Translations under genes and position numbers: made by a program | Assembly (NCBI RefSeq): GCF_009914755.1 | Contig: NC_060946.1 | From: the human T2T-CHM13v2.0 reference genome, Homo sapiens | Direction: 5' to 3' (one strand) | DNA length: 64,000 bases | Shown here: piece by piece, positions 30,332 through 59,211 of the stretch | Layout of the letters: every line of letters starts with the position of its first letter | Numbering within the stretch: position 1 is the stretch's first letter | Notes under the pieces: generated by a model | What the model saw: only the letters and a program-made list of their open reading frames with translations | The model's database searches: none | What the model was told of the DNA's origin: nothing

Positions 30332-31848
30332 AAATATATATATATATTATGTATAATATAATATATATAATATATAACATATATATAATTTCCTTTTACA
30401 TCCTGCATCCTTATATATAATATCATATTTAATATAATATATAATATTATGTATAATATATATTGTTATACATAACATTATATATAATATAATATATATA
30501 ATTATGTATAATTATATAATTATATATGAAATATAATAATGTATAATTATATATGTAATATAATAAAGCATAATAGATAATATATATTATATATTATACA
30601 AAATATTATATAATGTAACATGTAATATATAGTATATCATAATATAATATATTTTATAATATAATATATTATATATTATATATGATTACATTATATTATA
30701 TTATATTATATATTATATAATATATGATATATTATGGTATATTATATATTATTATATATAATACAATTATATATAATATACCATAATATATATGATATAT
30801 GATAAATAATATATTATATATATCATAAATTATATATAATACATAATATATATCATAAATTATATATAATATATAATATCATATAATATAATTATATATA
30901 ATATAATATATAATATATAATATAATATAATTATATATAATATAATATATATAATATAATATAATATAATATAATTATATATCATATAATATAAAATATA
31001 TAATATATAATATAATATAATATAATTATATATAATATATCAGATATAATATATAATATATATCAGATAAAATATATAATATATAATATATATCAGATAT
31101 AATATATAATATATATCATATATTTTACATAATATATATCATTTATTATGTAATATATATCTTTTATTATATATAATATATATCATTTATTATATAATAT
31201 ATGATATATCATATATGATATATATCATCTATATCATATATTATTTATCATCTATATCAGGTATGATATATCATCTATGTCATATATACGATATATCATC
31301 TATATCATATATGCGATATATCGTATATATCATATATGATATACCATGTATATCATATATATGATATATCATGTATATCATATGTAGTATATAATCTATA
31401 TCATATATATTGTATATAATCTATATCATATATATTGTATATAATCTATATCATATATATTGTATATAATCTATATCATATATATTGTATATAATCTATC
31501 ATATATGTTGTATATAATCTGTATCATATATATTGTATATAATCTGTATCATATATATTGTATTTAATCTGTATCATATATATTGTATATAATCTCTATC
31601 ATATATATTGTATATAATCTATATCATATAGTATATAATATATATCATATATTGTATATAATATATATCATACATATTGTATATAATATATATCATACTT
31701 ATTGTATGTAATATATATCATACATATTGTGTATAATATATATCATACATATTATGTATGATATATATCGTATATATTATATATGATATATATCATATGT
31801 AATATATACGATATATATCATATATATTATATATGATATATATCATAT
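30332..31848. repeat. AT-rich block including a 25-bp minisatellite (tatcatatatattgtatataatcta) at ~31390-31700
   Basis: Directly visible. Confidence 0.97.
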
Positions 31849-31943
31849 TAAGTTAAGTTTGGGGATAGCCCAGAATTATATATGGATTTTCAACTGCACA
31901 GGAGCTGGTCCCCTAACCCTTGCACTGTTCAAGGATCAACAGT
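31849..31943 (+). mobile_element. Tigger2/MER8-type DNA transposon terminus, truncated by the AT block
   Basis: agttaagtttgggg ... cccctaacccttgcactgttcaaggatcaacag resembles the Tigger2 terminal sequence. Confidence 0.7.
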
Positions 31944-32483
31944 ATGTATAATACTACAGATTTTATTCATATTTTAGAGTGTAGTACTACTACTCATTAA
32001 AAAAAATTAACTATGAAACAGCTTCAGGAAGGTCTTCCACGAGTTCTTCCAGAAGAAAGCCTTGTTATCATAGAGAATGACAGCTGCATGTATGTTATTG
32101 CCACTGAAGACCCTGAAGACCTTTCACTTGGACAAGATTTCGAGATGGAAGACAGTGATATTGATTATCCTGACCCTTACAGGACTAAGCTAGTGTGTGT
32201 GTTTGTATCTTAGTTTTTAACAAAAATGTTTAAAACATAAAAAATCAAAATAAATGAAGCTTATCAAATAAGGATATAAAGTATTTCTGTACAGCTGTTC
32301 AATGTGTTTTTGTTTTAAGATGTGTTATTATCAAAGAATCAAAAAATTAAAAAAATTAAAAGTTTATAAAGTTATGATAAGCTAAGATGAACTTGTTAAA
32401 GAAAGAAAAAATTTAAATACATTTAGTGTAGCCTAAGTGTACAGTGCATATAAAGTCTATAGTTATGTACAGTAATATCCTAG

Positions 32484-32872
<389 letters not shown>

Positions 32873-32938
32873 TGTACTGTGTTTTTACTGTATCTTTTCC
32901 ATGTTTAGATATTACTACTGTGATATAACTGCCTACAG

Positions 32939-33574
<636 letters not shown>

Positions 33575-34920
33575 GCCTACTGTATTCAGCACAGTGACAT
33601 GCTGCACAGGTGTGTAGCCCAGGAGCAATAGGCTGTACGATATAGCCTAGGTATGTAGTAGGCTACGCTGTCTAGGTTTGTATAAAGTACACTCTTTGGT
33701 GTCTGCACAGCCACAGAATCACCTAATGATGCATTTCTTGGAATATATTACCATTAAATGAGATTTACCTGTATTAGTGTCATCTCAGGTTTATTGTCTA
33801 GTAATTTTAAAAGTATTTGTATATTCTTTCCCAGACACATCATCATACTCTGGTGCATATCTCTATTTTATTCCCTAGACCCACTCTTAATTTTTCTGCA
33901 TTCTGCTTTGTTCCTTAGGAGGCTCACCTGAATTGGATACTTCAGAGATCTCCCTTACCCTCATGCTTTTATTGGGGTTCAGCTAATGGAGGGGGTGGCA
34001 GAAGATAGGTGAGAGAAGAGTGTGTTTATCCCCCACCTCTGCCCCTGCAGGGTCAGCACAGGCAGACTGTGTCCCTTTGCTGAAGATCACAGCTTCTGTC
34101 TGGTGCCTTCTTGGCAAGCTGGCACTGTCTCTAGTCAGGTGACTGCTTGGCCCCTTACTACTTACACTCTTCTGTCTGGTTTCTTTGTGACTTTCCTGCT
34201 GTGCTGTAAGTAGTCCCTTTATTAGAATCCATCCACATTACCCAGTTATATAAAGACAAATAGTTGGTCACTGATGTAGTTCACTCCCTGAGAATCAGCC
34301 TTCATCAAAGATCCCTAACAGTCACATATTCTGTTGGCCGCTCCATTCCTGCTCCCCATTATTCTAGTTGTGTCTTCCTTGTCTCTAGTGCAGTCACAAA
34401 GCATAAGCGCCTCCACTGTCACTTGTTCTTTGCAACTCTAGGATCACATCATTCCCCTTGAAATCAGAGAATCTGCAATCTCCCCAAGCCCACAAAATTC
34501 AGCCATCACAGTACTTTTCAAGCATGCCAGCAGCCCTCCCCAACAAACGAATCCTTAATTTCTTAGAGAAACATCTTCTGGGCTTCCTGTGGGACACAGT
34601 GCGGGTCGGCTTGGCATGTGGATCACACCTGATATTTTTACCCCCACCTCCTACTATTCCTATTCCTTTGTATGCACCTCTCTTTATTATGCTAGGAAAG
34701 CTCTGGCAACACAACCTCAAAATAAGCAGGCCAGTGTGGATTCACAGTTTCTGTCAGACAAACAAACTTGAGCACCCCTTCTAACTTCTTGGGCTAAGAC
34801 TTTAACTTCAGAATCTCTATGTATCTATGTTGATAAACTTAGCCTATGTCAAGATTATATTCTGCATGCCTTAGTCAAACACCATGTAAATCTATACCTC
34901 ATATATTCTCTAGGCTTTAG

Positions 34921-35303
<383 letters not shown>

Positions 35304-36229
35304 GAATCCATTGCACTCTTACAGACCATGTTGACAAAATTATAACTGCAACAGTCAACTACAATAGCAATTTTACCTCTCATGTACCACTTTAAAAAAC
35401 ACATCATTCCCAATAACCACATTTGATGATTTAAGTAATCATGATACCACCGTACACTACAGATGATCAGGTTTCTGTCTCCTCCCGACAACAAGGTCAG
35501 GAATTCATTCAGACTGAAACAGGTCAGCAAACCACTTCCAGATTCTCATCTATAAAGATCTATTTCTAGAACCATTTCTAGTACCTATACAATATTAGAA
35601 TCAAGTCAGGAAGCAGAAAACATTCTAGATATTTTAAACAGAAAACAATTCATGGAGAGATCAATTACAAGAGTATGTGTAGCAAAAGATGAAAGGGTCA
35701 GGTAACTTGATAAATCTCTGCTTCTTTTGTGTTGGGTGATAAAAATGTTGACCAGAGATCAGTGGCAGATGATCCAAGGCGTCAGCTGTCCAAGCTCAGC
35801 ATCTGGAGCCGGTGCTGAGGAAATGTGCATTTCTAGGTCTGGGCGCCATTGGACCATCACTACTGTCCTTGAAGCTGCCACCGTGAGAACTCACATCTCA
35901 GCTGCTATAGCCACAGCTGATATTGTCATTGCTTCCAGAATTATTTCCCTTGCTCCATCGTGGGGATCCCGCAATACTGCTGCTGCTGAAATCACTGTTG
36001 TTGCTCCTTCCAGAACTGTCGGCACCGCAGCATTATTATCACTGCAGCTACCACTGGAGATGGCTACAGACACCAGAAACGGAAGAGCACCTCTCCCCTC
36101 CTCCGGCAGTGTGACTTTCAGTCGGCTCCTCTCGTAGCCAGATGGTATAGAAATGACACACCAATGTCCTTCAGAACATACATGCAAAATAGTTTAAATA
36201 TACTAGAAATTCTATTCCCCTTAGAAAAC

Positions 36230-38230
36230 TAAGTCCACCTACATATTTTTCAAAAATCCATCAGCAATACAGAATAAAGGCATTGGTTCTATACAGCGTT
36301 GCAAGAATATTTTAACAATAGAAGGTATTTTAATGTCATTCACCACATTAGGAGATTGAAAAAGGGAAAACACAGGATTACCTTAGCAGATGTAGGAAAA
36401 AAAATAAGATGGTAAAATACAACATTCATTTATATTAAAATCTTTATACCAAACTAGGAAAAGCAGACAAATTTCTTAACCTGATAAGCTTATCTATAAC
36501 AAAACCATCGACACCACCATATGTAATGTTGAAGCATAATCGTTATTTTTTATAAAAGCTAGGAAAGGGAATGAGATGTCTGTTGACACTGCTCGTATTT
36601 ATCATTGTCCTGGGGTTTCTGGCCAGTTCAGTTAAGATAGGACAAAGAAATATTATAGAAAGAGGAAGAAAAAAAGAAAACACATACGTTGTCATTGTGT
36701 GGAGTTTCTGTTTGTTTGTTTATGTGTTTTTGTGAGATGGTGTCTCACTCTGTCGCCCAGGCTGGAGTACAGTGGTGTGATCTTGGCTCACTGCAACCTC
36801 ATTGTGTGGAGATTTGTAATTACCCATAGAAAATCCAAGAAAATTTGTGGATGCACTAATCAAATCAGCAAGGTTTTCAGATATGAAGGCAAAGTAAAGA
36901 GAAAATGAAATTCTTATAAACAGTAGCAACCAATTAAAAATATTATATTATAATATCACATTCATGGTAACATAAAACATTAACGTATCTAAGAATTAAT
37001 TCAGAAAACACATGATCTTTCATTTAATTTTATTAAAGTTATTTCAATAAATATACCACCAGTATTTTTTTAGAACTTGATTGGAAAAGTCATATTAAAA
37101 TAATCAATGGAAAGGAAGAACCAAAGTTATTCTGAACAATAATAGCCTATCAATATTTAAATGTGTTTTAATTATAATAATTAAAATGGTTTGCTTTGGC
37201 TCAGTGATACACCGTTAAACAATGGGAAAAAATGGAAGCACCAAGAAATAGATCCATAGATATGCTGAATACATTGGACTTGTAATAAAAGATATGATAC
37301 TAAAAGTCAGTAGAAAAATTATACTATTCAATAAATGATGTCAGAAAAAACATATAAATTTTTATCCATATATAAATAAAAATCTGTATATTACAGCATA
37401 TCACAAAATCCTGTATCTATTTAGGTTAAAGACTCAAATCTTAAACTACTTGTGAAATTACTTATGAATATTACATGTTTAAGATATTTAAAAGTATATA
37501 CAGAGAACTAATGACGTTGGGCAACAAATGGCTTATTAATCAAATGCCAGAATGCATGAAGAAGAAAAGAAAAGAAAAATAAATTAGACTGTATTAAAAT
37601 GAAAAATCCTAGGCATCCTAAATAAAGGTTAAATGCAAGCCAGAAAATTGGGTAAAATATTTACAAAATATATAATTGAAAAGTATAATATCCATTATAT
37701 AAAGAGGATTTCTACAAATTCATGATATAAAATAAATAATATAGTAGAAAAAATGATTAAGAACTACTACACAATATTCACAACAGATGATAAATAGTGA
37801 ATTATTGTGAAAAGACAATTGAAAAGAGCAAGGTACAATTCAACAGCAATAAGACTTTATGCCCTTTTCTATAAAAACACAAAACTATGCCAAGGGCTTT
37901 AGGAACCGTGAATTTATACACGGCGAAGGGGAGTTTAAATCTGCCACTTTGAAGAGTTTTTTGGAAATATATAGTAAAGTTGAAAATATATACATATGTG
38001 TATATATATATACCCACACACATACACATACACACTAGAAATTCCACAGGGTAAACCTTCTCCAAGAGAATACACACACATTTGCAGAAGAGATGTCCAA
38101 AGGTGTTTGTTGAAACATTATTGGTAATAGCTAAAAATTGGAAATAATCTTAAAGCTCATTACTAGGAAAATGGAAAAGTGAATCGTGGTATGTGCATAT
38201 AATGTAAAACTATACATCAGTTAAAATTAA
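36230..38230 (+). mobile_element. Highly decayed L1M ORF2/3' remnants (Alu fragment at ~36730-36800)
   Basis: A-rich sequence with residual L1 motifs (aatacaacattcatttatattaaaa, ctattcaataaatgatg). Confidence 0.55.
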
Positions 38231-38254
38231 TTGTCTGAATTTATATGGATCAAT

Positions 38255-40735
<2,481 letters not shown>

Positions 40736-40739
40736 GAAA

Positions 40740-44145
<3,406 letters not shown>

Positions 44146-44605
44146 AGGCGGCCCGGGCGCGGGGCAGCTGCTGCGGGGAGGCGGGGAGGCGGGGGGCCTG
44201 GCCGGACACCCCTGCGCCCCCTCCCCGCACCCGGGCGGAGGGCGGCCTCTTCCCCCTCCCCCTCCCCCACCACCCCCGGCAGCCGCCTCCCCCAGGACGC
44301 AGGAGGCGGGCGGAGGCCGGGTCCGCCCAGCTGGCGACTTGCGGCATGGGCCGGGTCGAGGTGGGGGGGCGGTTTCGGGGGCTGGGAAGCTGGGGTGCCG
44401 GGGACAGGAGGGTGGGGGAGCTGGGGAAAGGAGGGCTGGGGGGCCGGGGACAGGAGGGCCATGCAGGCAGTGGCAAGCGGGCGGCGAGGGCTCCGTGGGG
44501 CAGGTGGACGGGGATCAGCGCCTGGGGCTGCTCCGTTCCCCAGGCGGGTGTCGTGGCTCTGGCCTCCATGCAACTCCAGGTCTGCGCGCCCCGCGCTGCT
44601 GGAGC
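44146..44605 (+). promoter_or_regulatory. GC/CpG-rich, G-run-rich 5' segment of the PPP1R26 retrocopy (CpG-island-like)
   Basis: Abrupt switch from AT-rich L1 to very GC-rich sequence at 44146; many retained CpGs and G4-like runs. Confidence 0.6.
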
Positions 44606-47600
44606 CCCAGTCAAAAGTCTATTTAAAAAGCAGAGAGAGGATGCTTCCCTCTGAGTGGAGCGATGAAGACCTGATCCCTGGGCCATTTGGGAACACTAGC
44701 TGCCTTTCATCACAGTCAACCTGGACTCAGAGAATGTCAAGAGCTTGTTGGTTGGGTCAAGAATGAATCTAGGCATGACGTCATAGTTTATAGTCATCCT
44801 TTTAAACCTGCAAAGAAGCATTTGCAGGTTTAAAGTTATTTCACGGGTACTGCTTGCCAATCTTTGGAGGATGTGAAGCCTGCAGAGAAATAAAGTGTCG
44901 CCCCTCTGCGCGTCGCTCCCCATCTGCTAGAATGTTTCTCATGAATGCTCCTCCAGTGGTTGCTCTCCAGCCCAAATGGGAGGCCTCTGTCCCACCAGGG
45001 AGCTTTAGGTTCCCCGGGTGCTTCTCGGAGGCTGACAAGGGCGTGGAGAGCATGTCGGTGAGCACCCGGGTGCAGATGCTCATCAGCACGCTGCAGAGCG
45101 ACAGGGCTGCTAGGGGCACCAGCGATGAGCGCACTGCGCAGAGGGGGCAGAGGGATGCCACGACGCCAGGCCTGCTGCCAAGCCCACCATGCACAAGGAG
45201 CTGCCTGCGTTGGCTGCCTGTGGTCTTGTTGCTGACTTTGACCCCGTGGGGGAGGAGGAAACTGCAGACTTTGGCCCATTGGTGCTAGATTCAGACAGTG
45301 ACGATTCCGTGGACCGGGACATTGAGGAGGCCATCCAGGAGTACCTGAAGGTAAAGAGTGGAGCCGCACAGCCCGGGGCCAGCGGGGCCCAGCCATGCAC
45401 AGCCTTCCAGGGCTGCGGGCGGAGGCAGTAGATGTAAGCGGGAACTGGCTCACAGCAGTGCCCAACTGCCCTGTGTTCCCCAAAACTTGTACCTGGCTCA
45501 GGTGGTGTGGCCCTGGCAGCCAGGTGGGATCCAGCAAGGACCAGGGCTCTGCCTCCCCAGTCAGCATGAGCAGAGCAGACTCCTTTGAGCAGAGCATCAG
45601 GGCAGAAATAGAACAGTTTCTGAATGAGAAAAGACAGCATGAGACCCAAAAATGTGATGGGTCAGTGGAGAAGAAACCAGACACACATGAAAATTCGGCG
45701 AAGTCACTCTCGAAATCCCACCAAGAGCCGGCTACAAAGGTGGTGCACCGGCAGGGCCTGATGGGCGTCCAGAAGGAGTTCGCCTTCTGCAGACCTCCCC
45801 CGGTTAGCAAAGACAAACGTGCAGCCCAGAAGCCTCAGGTCCAAGGTCACGACCACGACCACGCAGGAGAAGGAGGGCAGCACAAAGCCAGCAACCCCCA
45901 CCGCCCTTCAGAAGCAGTACAGAATAAAAGTGGGATTAAAAGGAGCGCCAGCACCGCAAGGAGGGGAAAGCGAGTCACGAGCGCCGTACAGGCTCCCGAG
46001 GCGTCCGACTCCAGCAGCGACGACGGCATTGAGGAGGCCATCCAGCTGTACCAGGTGCAGAAAACACACAAGGAGGCCGACGGGGACCCGCCCCAGAGGG
46101 TCCAGCTCCAAGAGGAAAGAGCACCTGCCCCTCCCGCACACAGCACAAGCAGCGCCACAAAAAGTGCCTTGCCAGAGACCCACAGGAAAACACCCAGCAA
46201 GAAGAAGCCAGTGCCCACCAAGACCACGGACCCTGGTCCAGGGGATCTGGACGCTGACCATTCCCCCAAGATCCCAAAGGAAACCAAAGCTCCACCTCCA
46301 ACGAGCCCGGCTTCCAGGAGCAAGTTTGTGGAATGGTCCTCTTGCCAGGCAGACACCTCCGCTGAGCTGATGTGTGTAGAAGCAGTCCTGGACATTTTCA
46401 AGACGATCCTGCCGGCCCTATGGAGGGCAGCGATGGGTCCCTGTCCGCAAGCCCACTCTTCTACTCCCCCAACGTGCCTTCCCGCTCTGATGGTGACAGT
46501 AGCTCCGTGGACAGCGACGACAGCATTGAGCAGGAAATCTGGACGTTTTTGGCCCTCAAGGTGCAGTCTAGAAGTTTGCTGGCCAGAGGTGAGAGCTGCC
46601 CTCAGGCTGCCCAGGGCCCACTTTCACCACCTGGCCTCAGCAGCCAGACCGGCAGCCCCAAGGCCCCTCTCTCTAAAACACTGGACCCACTCCTGGCTGC
46701 AAAAGGAAGCATAGAGGCGGCTGCCAAGTGAGGCCATCCACTCCCAAGAACATGCGGGTGGTGGGGAAAGAGGGTGGCCAGGATGCCGACCGCAGCCAGG
46801 GGAGAGCCGGGCCCGGCCATGAGGGGCGGGACCTTTCCATCCAGGGCACAGCCAGCGAGGCCCCGGGAGGAGAGGGCGCCGCTAGGGTGCCCGGTGACAC
46901 TCGCACGTCACAGGGCCAGGGTAAGACAGACGAGGCAAGGCACCTAGACAAGAAGAAGAGCTCCGAAGACAAAAGCAGTTCCCTGGACAGTGACAAGGAC
47001 CTGGACACAGCCATCAAGGACTTGTTAAGGTCCAAGTGAAAGCTCAAGAAGAGGTCCAGGGAGCCCAGGGCTGTGTGCAGGAAGAAGGTCAGGTTCAGCA
47101 CCTCCCAGACGCACTTCCAGGAGCAGCTGGGCAGGCTCCTGAGAGAGTGGAAAAACAGGCATCTGCAGGTGCTGAAGAGCTGCCTAAGTCCAAGAGAGAC
47201 AGCTGCGAGGGCTCCAGGAAGAAACCCCCCAGTGTCTTTGGCAGCAGGGCCGAGAGGACGAAGCCTCGGCCTTCCTGGTGAGGAGACCCGCTTCTGCCTC
47301 CGCCTCCGAAGAGAATCTATTCCCCAGAGAGTCCCAGGGCCCAGCTCCCAGCCCTGGCTCCTTGTCTGACAACAGCAGTTCAGTGGACAGCGACGATAGC
47401 ATCGAACTGGAGATTAGGAAGTTTTTGGTGGAAAAGGCCAAGGAGTCGGTGAGCAGTTCAGAAGTTCAGGCAGAGGGCCCCACCGCTCTCGGGACAGGGG
47501 GCCCAGCCAGGCCAGAGGTACCTTGCAGGAAGGAGCCGGCCCCACTGCCTGGCATGTGCACACGGAGCCAGAGGGCCGGGGGGTCCCACATTTGGCTAAA

Positions 47601-48780
47601 GGGCATCGAGGCGCAGGGAGCGCAGGAGCACAGGGCGCAGCGTGCCTGCTCAGCCAGGGTGGGAAGGGGCTCCCCACTGATCCGGCGGAGGGGATCATGC
47701 GCCACCCAGGAGGACCAGCGGCAGTGTCTCCGCCAAGGTCTCTCAGTGAGCAAGAGAAATGTTTACATTTACAAAGACCAGAGCCCACGAGGGGCTGAGC
47801 CTGCTGCCAAAAGTGCTTTTGGTCAGCGGCCCAGCTGTGCCACAGCGGGCACCGAGGCAGGAGGAGCCAGGGGGACCTTTCACGTGGACTGCAGGAACCG
47901 GAGCTTCCTGACCCCCAGCCCGGGAGCTGAGAGGGATGCTGGGGCCCAGGCCAACCGCGCCCCGCCCTGGAGTGACTTTGCCCACCACAGTCGGCTGCCC
48001 AGCCCATGGGCACTGCGCTCCAAAGGTAGAGATGCGGCGTGGAGGGGGCGGCATTGGGAGAGAGAGACAAGGGGTCCGAGGGCCCCGCCCGGGGCCTGCC
48101 CAGCCTGCCCCTTGCGGGCTTCTCCCCGCTGCTGTCCACCCAGCTCTTCCACTTTGGAAAGGGTGTCTCCTGGGGGGGCAGGGAGACCGGCCTCTTCAGC
48201 CCCTACCTGGGGCTGCCTCTGCAGGGCCTGTCCTTCTCGGCCTTCAGGGAGTCCCAGGCCAGGCCCAGCCCTGTCTTTGGAAGCCCACACTTGCTGGCGA
48301 AGAAGGACTGCGATCACCGGCCAAGCAGGAAGGTACAGACGGGGCTGAGTTTGCACAACAGGAAGAGCTCTGGCTCGGAGGAAAGGATTTTAGACCTGAG
48401 GTATCCACGAAGGGTCAATCAGTAGAGTTGACCAGGACCAGGACACCTTGGGCAGGGACACCAGTGATTTCAGCAACACCTCCGCAGAGGTGTTGCTGCT
48501 GCAGTGGTGGCAGCTCAGTAGTGAAGGTATAAGACCTCGAGCTGTGGGTTCGCGTCCTGGGTTCCATGCATTCGTGGAAAGCGGCATAGCCGACGTGTAT
48601 CTGTGCCTGTGTGTGATGGTTCTGTGGTTGCAGGGAGGGGAAACAGTCTGTTATACATAGTCTTGTATATATGTATACCAACACGAAACAATGCTTTTAT
48701 TTAACAGATGTGTCCTGGTAAATATGATTTTTGTAGATTTTGTACATTATTTAAAGTGATGAAAAATGTTTTTGGAAAAT
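44146..48780 (+). pseudogene. PPP1R26P: PPP1R26 (KIAA0649) processed pseudogene; former CDS 44932-48532 broken by many frameshifts and stops
   Basis: MFLMNAPPVVALQPKWEA..., DSDSDDSVDRDIEEAIQEYLK, SFEQSIRAEIEQFLNEKRQHETQKCDGSVEKKPD, ...GGSSVVKV* spread over different frames; inserted in an L1. Confidence 0.93.
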
Positions 48781-49099
48781 ACTGTTGGTCAATTTTGTAG
48801 GGTGTTCCTTAACTGCAGTTTTCTGTGTTCTGCATACAAGTCTTAGATTAGAAAACATTTGGTTTTTATCATCACAACCAGGTTTACAGGGACTCTGATG
48901 TTTTTTGGTTGGTTGCTGGTGAGAATGGCCAGCGCTGGCTGCAGGGGTAGCCTTAGGAAGGCCGAGGTGCCCTCCCCAGGAATCGCTCACATGCCCCAAA
49001 GTGTCCGTCAGGAAGTTCCTGGGACAGCACTTTTTATACAGAGGACACCCCCCCACCACCGCCTGGCTTCATGGTCCTTGGAGGCCAGAGCACATCTGA

Positions 49100-49375
49100 A
49101 AACTACAGGAACGGAAAACCAAACTCCGCATGTTCTCACTCATAAGTGGGAGTTGAACAATGAGAACACTTGGACACAGGGCAGGGAATATCACACACTG
49201 AGGCCTGTTGGGGGATGGGGGCAAGGGGAGAGATAGTATTAGGAGAAGTACCTAATGTAAATGATGGGTTGATGGGTGCAGCAAACCACCATGGCACATG
49301 TATACCTAAGTAATAAACCTGCACTTTCTGCACGGCTACCCCAGAACTTAAAGTATAATTAAAAAAAAAAAAAAC
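49100..49375 (+). mobile_element. L1PA 3' end
   Basis: catgttctcactcataagtgggagttgaacaatgagaac ... ccagaacttaaagtataat plus A-tail. Confidence 0.95.
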
Positions 49376-51190
<1,815 letters not shown>

Positions 51191-51214
51191 AACAAAATGG
51201 TTTAAAAAGTAATA

Positions 51215-55520
<4,306 letters not shown>

Positions 55521-55599
55521 TACTTACTACCACTAAATTCTACACTTAAAAATGGTATAATCTGTTATGTATATTTTGCCACAATAAAAACATTGGAAA

Positions 55600-56660
<1,061 letters not shown>

Positions 56661-56699
56661 AAGGTGTGGTCAATCACTGACAGAATGGGAATGAGGAAT

Positions 56700-57840
<1,141 letters not shown>

Positions 57841-58159
57841 CAGTGGGCTAGGCACGGTGGCTGACACCTATAATCCCCACACTTTGAGCCTGCCAAAGTG
57901 CCTTTTAAGTGCCTTTCACATAAAGACTATGACACAGCTAAGCTATTCATGTACTAATAAATACCTGCCCTGAGCTGTGTGACCACGGACACCACCCTAT
58001 AATGTGGCCAGTGTGTAGGAACTCTGCAGGCTCAGATCATTCCAGACATACATGCAGATGTTGGAACTCCCTTGCACAGTGACTCATGATCCCAAGGCTG
58101 AGTGCTGAGGGCAGGTCAGTAGTTCAGAGCCTCAGCATTGGGGCCGTATGCTTGGGTTC

Positions 58160-58370
58160 CCATCTTGGCTCCCACACTTTGGGAGCCCGAGGTGGGTAGA
58201 TCGCTTGAGCTCAGGCATTCGAGACCAGCCTGGGCAACATGGTGAAACCCTGTTTCTACTAAAAATACAAAAATTTGCCAGGCGTGGTGGTGTGTGTCTG
58301 CATTCCCAGCTACTCAGGAGGCTGAGGTGGGAGGATGGCTTGAGCTGAGGAAGCAGAGGCTGCAGTGAAC
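58160..58370 (+). mobile_element. Old Alu (AluJ-like), 3' truncated
   Basis: gatcgcttgagctcagg, gaggtgggaggatggcttgag. Confidence 0.9.
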
Positions 58371-59097
58371 TGCCCTGCTGAGAGTGGAGCTCCTGCTCAG
58401 CTCCTAGGAAGGCAAGAGCCAGCAAGGCCACTGCCCAGGCCCCCGAGGGTTCTAGGGGGTCCCATCCCTGGGAAGGTGGAATCTGGGAGGTGAGGGGGAC
58501 CTAGGACCCCATTGTGTGCACAGCTTGGGCTAAGGCATGAGATAAGACCAGGGTGACAGTACAGGAGTATCCAAGAACTGACTTCACCTAACTTCTGCAT
58601 TTGACTTCCCATCCCCAATGTGGGTAGGGCCCTGCCCTCTGGCGATTGGAAAGAGGCGCAGGGTGCAAAGAAGTCCCCTCCTCTGACCTCCTGCAGGGCT
58701 CCATCTTGGCCTGGATCAGCAGGGGGGCCTGGGCAGGAGGGAGGCTGTGGTCTTGGGATGGGGTGGCAGTTCCAGGCCCACAGCGGGGCAAGAGACATCC
58801 TACACCTTCCTCCCATCCTTGCCCCGAAAGTCATGGGCGCTGGGGTTCAAGGTGCCCTCACTATTTGACCTTTCTTGCTGGTGGCTTTGGTGTGTCATTC
58901 TGGTCCCCAGCCTCTGTTTCCTGGACTGTAAGTGGGGATAATAATAGGTCACCCCTCCCCTGCAGGATTAACCTCAGCGATTGTTGCTGGCATCAGTGCA
59001 GCCCTGGGACCAGAGCACACCTGGGTGAGTTTGGAGCGCTCGCGCTCTTCCTGGTGGCCCTGCCTGGGCACCGACCCCTCCCATCCTCTCCTCAATA

Positions 59098-59135
59098 GCC
59101 ACGCCCCTAGCCCAGCTAGCTAATGAATAAATATG
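59098..59135 (+). promoter_or_regulatory. Candidate CA15 core promoter remnant (GC/CACCC box plus TATA-like element)
   Basis: gccacgcccc at ~59098 and aataaata at ~59126, about 80-110 nt upstream of exon 1. Confidence 0.4.
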
Positions 59136-59211
59136 TAGTAGCCAGGCCAGCATCCTGGCTCCGAGGTCTAGCCACTTTCTAGTCCTTCCTAGCTGCGGCT
59201 GCCACTGAGCC

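Noticed and set aside
32013-32213. Acidic 66-aa ORF
   Set aside because: Inside the Tigger3-type element; a decayed transposon remnant
35727-36187. Ala/Thr-rich ORFs on both strands
   Set aside because: Probably low-complexity sequence in an old LTR-like region; no splice or homology support
45395-48348. Long ORFs of 439 aa and 356 aa
   Set aside because: They drift in and out of the PPP1R26 frame and are pieces of a frameshifted pseudogene; the antisense ORFs reflect high GC
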